Source: Piedraia hortae CBS 480.64 (taxonomy: Eukaryota). Taken from it: DNA of 64,000 nucleotides. Position 1 is the stretch's first letter; every line of letters begins with the position of its first letter. Location: positions 1 through 64,000 of the forward strand of contig MU006016.1 of assembly GCA_010093745.1 (NCBI GenBank). The letters are read 5' to 3'. A program made the translations under genes and the position numbers. This document shows positions 56,523 through 64,000 of this stretch, piece by piece. Under the pieces are notes generated by a model, which did not search any database, was not told the origin of the DNA, and was given only the letters and a program-made list of their open reading frames with translations.

Positions 56523-59077
56523 TCATGATCGGTTCCTGATGCCAAACCGATCTCGCAAATCTCCAAGCGTCTTCTTCTTGGGTTCCTCGGTCACACTGAC
56601 ATTCGCTGGCTCGCTGCCTTTGGGCCGGATCTTGGTCAGAAGCTCCGCTCCCCTCAGCTTATCCACTTTGCCAAACTTCTGCGCCGAAACAGATGTATCG
56701 AAAAACTGCTCGCCCTGTCCCTGTGTCGTCAGCGACATCAGGTGCGCAGTCTGCCGCAGCTCTTCCAGCGAGCTGATCAGCTGCGCAGGGTGGTGCTCCT
56801 CTGGGAGCGCCTGAACAAACTCGATCAAATGCCCGACATCCATGGCATACGCCGACGCTGCCTCTGCAGAGATTGATTCCACAGCGGGGTCTAATGGCAA
56901 TGCCAGCAACGTCTCCTGAATAAAAGAAAGCGCCGACTGGTATAGCGTGTCCTTGATCTTCTCTGGTAAACCCAACAACACTGACGACATGATGTTGGAA
57001 AGGTAGCGCGTCAGCTCTTGCATGTATTCCGAAATGTCTTCGGCTGTCTGGGTGCTGGTCCAGTGATACTCTGCTGTTTCAATGAGATCGTTGACTTTAC
57101 TCTCTACGAGCTCGAAGATGCGCTGCTCTGCCTTTACCTTGCCATCTCGAAACGCCTGTGTAGCCTTGAGCGTAATGGGACCGGCGGCTGAGGACGAAGA
57201 AGGGCGCGCCTGCACCAGTAGCCGCTCCACATGGGCGCACGCTCCTTCAAAATGATCCAAATTAGTAAGGATCTGGACAATTTGTCCCGGATACTGTGAT
57301 GCCAGCCGCGATACCAGCCCCTGACATATACGCTCCACCAAAAGGTCGTCTAGGTTCTCCTGCAGCTTCTGGTCGACGGTGGCAGCGTGGCGGAAATGGT
57401 CGTCAGCGAATAGATAGGTCTGTGTCAGGAGGTTCCGGATATCCATACACACTAGCGGGTACATTTGGCTGAAGGGCAAGATGCACGGATACTCCATTTG
57501 GGACGGGTCCCTCTGTTCCTCTGGCGGCGTGTAGAAGGAAAGTGACAGCACGCGTTCGTAGTCGCTGGGGGTCTCAACTGGCATTGGCATGTAATCGTCT
57601 GTATTGACGATCTCGGTGAAGTCGTCACTAAACCGCTTCTTCAGCAGGCTGTTGTACTTGTCGAACAGCGTAAGCAACAGGCCATCGAGGCTGTGCACTG
57701 GATATGACCAGCTATCCATGGTCTGGATGAAGAGCGCCAGCACACCCTTGATCTTGAGCAGCTTCTCGTCGCTCTCCACGCTGGGAAGAGCGGCGGTGAT
57801 CAGGGAAATGGCCGATTGCACCATGCTGTCCCACAGTTCGTCCACGTCGGACTGCGCTCGGAAATGCGATGTCTTCTGCATTGTGGCTCTCTCTACTATT
57901 GCAAAGCCGGCAATTCCCTCAAGCAGACTGGATAACTCATTGCTGTCCTCGTCTAGCAGGTCAAGCTTTGTGGGAAGGAGCAGATCTCTCTGCCGTCGTC
58001 GCGTTGCTGCATAATCCGTGCGAAACGTCTCCGTCTGGCCGAGCGCTTCATGAATGTGCAACGCCTCAAAGAGCGGGGTGAAATCTACTTGAACCTCGTC
58101 GTTGTTAAGCACGTCAAACTCTTCGCTCTCATCTGCCACCAGTTCCACGGCCGAATTGAGCTTGAAGGAGCCCAAGAGGGGATCCTTCTCAGCTCGCTGC
58201 TTCTGCCGCGCGCGCCGCATCTCAGTGTGGTAAAATGCAATCTCCCCCAGGAATTGCGAGGTTTCACGAATGCGATAGAGCCATGTATTCAGGTCCGTCA
58301 TAACAGCCTCAGATATGAGCTTCTGCGTGGCCGGCACTGAGCGCTCAATGATGGAAGCAATGTTGTAGCGCGTCACCTGCCGTAGATGCACCGTCTGCAG
58401 CTCATCCAGAGCCCGGAGTGCAGCATAATGGCTTTTCTTTCCAAGCAAGTCATGCACCTGGTTTGCTAGACGAAGCACCTCTAGACAGTCCTTCAGAGCT
58501 CTGGTTGCCTCGTTGATGTTCTGGCGAATGCTTCGCGAGTCGACAAGTGCCTTCTTTTGCGCAGCCAGTCGTTCTGTGCTGGCCTCAATGCTGTTGCTGA
58601 GCTCGATGATTTGTGATGCAAGGTCCACGGTACCTTGGCGGACAGACTGCAGCTGCTGTACACTGGAGATGAAGTCTTGATGGTTGTTGTTACATGTCTT
58701 CTCGATTTCCGCTTCTCTATCGGCTGAGACATTGTTCAGCGCGTGGATGAGTGGTGTCAAATGCGTTGGAGCCTGATCGCTCTTCAACAGCGGAATAAGC
58801 TGATCTAAGTAGTCTGCCTCGGATGATGAAAGGATGATCTATTCATCGCATTAGTTGATGGCTATACATGGTGATTGCCCGAAAGGATATGCCAGATTTT
58901 TCAAGTTTCCGTGTTCACCAAGGCAACGCTTCTGGGAAATAATATCATGCATCTGATACTTCGGTCTCGTCCTCATCAAAAATGTCGTCTCCATTTCAGG
59001 GAAAGAGCTGAGGACCATACCTGTTGAACGACCCCGGTGAGATCATCATGAGTATCGTGACCGAGTAAGCCCGGCAT
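56523..59077 (-). CDS. SEC15: Exocyst subunit Sec15
   Basis: Exon 1 MPGLLGHDTHDDLTGVVQQ (59077-59021), 182-nt intron, then IILSSSEADYLDQL...IEKTCNNNHQDF...DDYMPM...LPFSQMYP. Confidence 0.9.
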
Positions 59078-60818
59078 CCTGGAAATGGAGTCAACACCGG
59101 CCTAGACTCTTTGCTCCAGCCCAATTGGGCAGCAGGGTTACGAATTGATGGTTGTTGTGAAAGGTGATTTCCGTCGAGTCTCACCTGAGGTCCGCAAGGC
59201 GTTAACGGTGGCGCACAGAAGCGGACGCCACACCAATTTTGGGTTAGCGCGCTTTCCAACCATGTCCTGGTCACATACGCATCCATTCCCCTAGCGAGTA
59301 AGAGAGTATGACAATCTCTCATACAATACTCGGGCTCATTTCGTTCTGGGCCAGAATCAATTCGAAGTTGTGTATCATACAACTGTGTACCGTAATCGCG
59401 GTACACAACCAAGAAACTTACCCTCTCACAATCACACTCATGGTAGTGCCGTACTTCTATGAAGACAACCTGAATATTAGGAGTGTCTTGGAACTAAACG
59501 GTGGATATTGCCAAGTGTGCATTGACGGGTGTCTTCGTACATATCTAGGTGAATAACAATAATGTTGGCGCGCGTCGTAGTAGCTAAAACGATACGCCAG
59601 CCTGGAGGCCGAAATGCGTGGTCATTGAGTGGGAGCTGCCTTCTACGTATAGTTGCCTCAGGGCTTTCATTGCCTTGTATAGTCCTCACAGAGATGTCAA
59701 GGTATCACGGTCGCTATTTCGCTTTGCCGCAAGATCACGCTCATTCGCCTGCACTATATTGTTTGTTGAGGACCATAGAGCTTGGTACCTGCAACAGTTT
59801 TACACTTGCCCAAGCAAAGAGTGAGGTTCTTGGAATCGGCCTGACGTTTGCGCTAGCAACGGTTCATGCAGGTGGCGACAAGTATTAACGTCTGGTCGGA
59901 ATCACCCGTCTGCGCTATCAAGGATTGCGCATATACACGTGATATTAGAAACGTCAACGCCACACTCGACTTCAATTCTTCATGAAAACAGCGGAGAACC
60001 TCATGGAGCGTAGACGATGCAACTGGCAGCAGTTCGATCAGAACCCCCTTTTTTTTACGCAGATTCACTTTGTTTATGGCCATTCGCACGGGCACTCCCC
60101 GCGACCCACTCCCCGCGGCACGTTTGCGGAAGCGATGACAGGTCACTGCCTCAGAGACCATGACACGCTTCCTTACCAGTAGCATCTTCGCACTCGACAC
60201 AACCACCGTTTAACTTGATATATACTCGCACTCAACTACGCACATTCGCCAATCAATATTTTGTTCTCTCCATCGCTCGTCCAATAACGCTACGTCAGCT
60301 TCACGATTGCCTGGAGTAAGAAACAACCGGACGACTGGCTTGATTGACCTGACATAACAGACAGTCGACTTCATCGTTTTATCGATCTTGCAGTCCGCCG
60401 CAGCTCTCATCTGCAGCAGGTGCTGGAATCGCGCCATTTTGATGCCCATCGCGTGTCGTTTCAGGCATCATCACGACTTCCTAATTTTCCAACACACCCC
60501 TGCCTAGCGTTGCGGCCTTTTGCACTAGGAACCGGTGTCACGAGGCCGCTGCGTGTTCCAAACTTCACCTCAGGCTTGGCGCACTTTGTTAAAAGTCCCC
60601 GCGGCCTTTCTCTCCCTTACCCCTCCACCTTTTCTACATCGTTCACACCACCTTCTTGAATCATCACAGTACCCTTTTGCGCGTATTTGCAACGCACCAG
60701 GAAGATTCATTGGACGGCGTTGCCTTCCTGCAGGTTCTTCCTTTGATATTATTACGTCGCAACTGGGCGTGCGGTCTTCATTACCACACTTCACACGTTT
60801 GCCAGGCATTCGCCAGTC

Positions 60819-62976
60819 ATGTCAGACGCTGTCAGTTCCGGCACCACTGCTGTACCCTCTACCCACGAGGATGAAAAAGCCGGCTTATCGTCACTGAACG
60901 GTTCTTCGTCGTACGTGATTCCTCTGCCGTTTCCTCTGTCGACGGCTAACCACTTTGATATAGTTCGGACTCCGGAGGAGCAGCCCTTCCGAGCGCTCCC
61001 TACCACTCAAATTCTTCGTCGCTCTGTACGGTGGAGAGTGATAATCGCACCTCCGGTGTACGTCTTAATGCGGGAGCTGATGAGTTCAATCCCTCCTGTG
61101 GTCCTAAGGCCTTGATGTATTATCTCAACCAGAACACCGAACCCGACCCAATTATTGTTAGCTCGGGTCCCACCCAGGTCAATGGTGGATACAAGGGAAA
61201 AGGGAAAGCTCCCATGAAGTATTCCGTGGAATCACCGCTGGATTCTACTTCCAAAGTCTTCTACTCCACTGACCCTCACCCTTCAAAATTTGTCGGGACG
61301 CATTTCATGAAACTGGAGCACATTCCCATCAGTGACATAATCGGCCGCGATAGTGCGATATCCAAGTTATTCAATGAGGTGAGCTGCGATTTGGTTCTGT
61401 TGAGTTTTGTTTTATATTAACCTTGGCACTAGGAGAGTCTGTACGACAAACTGATCGACAATAAGATGGACAAGAGCATTGACGAAAAGTGGTCCTACTA
61501 TTTTTGCTACGACGATATGCGTGTTGTTCCATCTTTGCTCGCAAAAGCCGAGCTTTTGGGCAATAGCCGCGGCTGGAGCGTATCACTGTCTGGATATTCG
61601 GAGTATGAAAACGCTGGGAAAGCGGCGGCTTTGCCGGAACCCGCCCAACGCGTTTCGTTTTATGCAGGTCAGGTCTTCTTGGATGTCTCGTTCAGGGGAT
61701 CTTCTGCTGAATATGCTGGAGTTTTTGGCAATATTGCTGGTCTTGTTCGCAGCTTTGCCGCCTCGTTTGGCGATCTTTCTGGCTTTGAATCCGTCGAGGC
61801 CACGCACCCTAACATTCGTTTCCGTGTGGAATATTTCAAAATCTCAGATGCGGAGAATATCATCGATGCCACCGCTGACAAGCCGCGGACTATCGACGTA
61901 AGTTTATCTTCTTTTGCGCAGGACAGTCTGATTTAACGCTCCAATAGAGACTTGCTATCAAGGCCATGGAATTGACTGAGAATCTCTCTCCTGGACATCC
62001 ATCCACTGTTTTCCCTAATGACTTTGAAGAGGAAGCTCAGTACAAATGGATCAGTCCAACCGGCCGCACGGCATTCGTTGCGGACGAACATGGCAATAGC
62101 ATTGCCGTGCCAGGTCCCTATGTTGTCAATAAGGCTATGCCATGGGCGACACAGATGCCTCAGTTCCCGACCGGCTATGATCGTGAGCGGTTCTTATCAG
62201 AGCCGATGCCTCAAACGCCCTTTTCTGGGTTTTATGCTCCCTACACCACTGCTCGTGCCGGTTCAATGCCCCGTGATGCTACGAACGGTCTTGCTTTTGC
62301 AGGAAATGCCTCCACATTCGGCACCCACGCGGAACCGCAGACCGTTGATACGATGAAGATTGCCCAAGGTCAAGATTGTCGTACGACTATCATGCTTCGC
62401 AACATTCCCAACCGCATGACCTGCCATGAGCTGAAGCATGTTCTCGACCAGTCGTCGCATGGACGTTACGACTTTTCCTACCTTCGGATCGACTTCAAGA
62501 AGGGAACCAACGTCGGCTACGCTTTTGTCAATTTCGCAAACCCGGTGGACATCATCCCTTTCGTCAGTATGTGGTATGGTGTACCATGGCAGCCCCATGG
62601 CAAACGCCAGGTCGAGCTGTCTTATGCAACCGTGCAGGGCTACGACTGTCTGGTCGAGAAATTTCGCAATTCAGCCGTCATGTCTGAGGCCCCGGATTAC
62701 CGCCCTAAGTTATGGTACACGGTAGACACGGCCCCTTCGCCTGAACTCATCGGTCAAGAGGCGCCCTTTCCGCCGTCAAATAATGCGTCGAAGCGTCAGC
62801 GCTCCCACGACAATGCAGGGCAAATCGGCCTCTACACGCCGAACTCCGGGAATCATGGACGTGACCGCGGTCGTCACTCTCACTTTGATCGTGGTACCCC
62901 GGCGCAGCTTCAGGAAGAAGCCATGTTCTATGGTCAAGCCACTCAGGCCATTAAATTCGCTCAGCCGTGGTACTGA
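60819..62976 (+). CDS. Mei2-like RNA-binding protein (C-terminal RRM3 of the Mei2 family)
   Basis: DCRTTIMLRNIPNRM...YDFSYLRIDF..GTNVGYAFVNF...SYATVQG.DCLVEKFRNSAVM...YRPKL. Three upstream introns (~60911-60963, ~61379-61432, ~61898-61947). Start codon tentative. Confidence 0.82.
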
Positions 62977-64000
62977 CTGTGGAATGACAAGTACGTCATT
63001 CTTCATATGAAGGGCAGCAGCTTATCTGTGGTCCCGTGAAAAGTATCCGTAGATATGCGTATATATTGCTATGTCGTTTTGATGCGTTTCATTCGTTTTT
63101 AATGCTGTTAAATCTCGCTTGATCGCATTGTTTTGGTGTAGGCGCGTGCAAGTGTGATGGAAAACAAAATGATCAGTGTAGAAGGAAGCACGAAGCAGTA
63201 TTCAGCATTACAGCTCCGCATTTACATCGGTATAGTCATTGATTCAGGTCAATCACCCGAAACGAAACTTTTGAGTGTCCAGTGGCACTTAGGTGGAAGT
63301 GTTAGTGTGTCCGATCAACCTACTCTGACAAAACCAAAGCGATGTCCAAGGGAATGAGGATTTTGGCACGATGTTTGCAAGATTGAAAGTTATATGTGCG
63401 TTGATAGGAACACAATCACATTACAAAGTTCTAGCTAATTGTGATGAATCGGATCTACCTCAAGAGAAATGGCAAAGATATCAAGACCATGGCTCATACC
63501 TGCGTATATTATACGTATTACCTTTGAACGATGTACTACGGGCAAGCATGGGCCGATGCCCACTTGCTTGACCCAAGATCTTACTTCAGTCAAGGTTTAC
63601 AATTTTGGAAAACCAAACATTCAACGGATTCAATTATTGGGTTTTGTGCGAACAGCACAACACGACTCTGGCTGGAAGGTGTGCCATCATATATCCTCTG
63701 TGCAAAGCTTTGTAAAAGCCTGCGTAGTCCTGCATATTTTAGCTCAAAAGTGCTCCGTTCAGGACTTACCTCATCTCCAGTTCTGAGTTTTCGATGAAAG
63801 TTTACTGCACTCAAACTCTTTATATTGTAGATCAGCCGTTACTCAATAGCTTGTGCATTATTAAAGCTAGTCGCCAGTTGAAGGACTTAGTAAGTTTTAA
63901 TGATTCGTTCCAAAACGACTCCATCCTCAGTTTAGATATGTATTGTGATAAAGGTCCATTGCATTCAGCCTGTTCACATGCTGTAAATTAGTTGAAGCTT

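Noticed and set aside
63000..64000. Short ORFs at the window end
   Set aside because: All are about 105 aa or shorter, overlapping and without motifs. Treated as intergenic.

Overview
Gene-dense stretch of a compact filamentous ascomycete (Pezizomycotina-type) nuclear genome. Introns are mostly 43-52 nt (GT...CTRAC/CTAAT...AG) and many intergenic gaps are under 250 bp. About 28 protein-coding genes are supported: SIS1-type DnaJ, two ABCC transporters (YBT1-like and YCF1), PGS1, a secreted GDSL esterase, an amidase, BUR1, ARB1/ABCF2, VPS18, ATE1, a CDF metal transporter, SAC3, NDUFB2, RHEB, AP-2 mu, V-ATPase subunit f, FUN14, an acyltransferase, POS5, DUF2015, HSH49, eL28, TOM7, SEC15, a Mei2-like RRM protein and several hypotheticals. 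There is also one dispersed 5S rRNA gene. An accessory island (~35.4-42.4 kb) holds a relic of an IS630/Tc1-superfamily transposase, a relic resembling telomere-linked helicase genes, and a complete but dead Tc1-like element (39571-41593, 212-bp TIRs, TA target duplication). The most notable observation is a clean 426-bp foreign insert inside that transposase. It encodes a fragment resembling a highly streamlined two-barrel RNA polymerase beta'/Rpb1-type subunit, which may come from an undescribed virus- or linear-plasmid-like element. All family calls are from visual motif recognition, not database searches.
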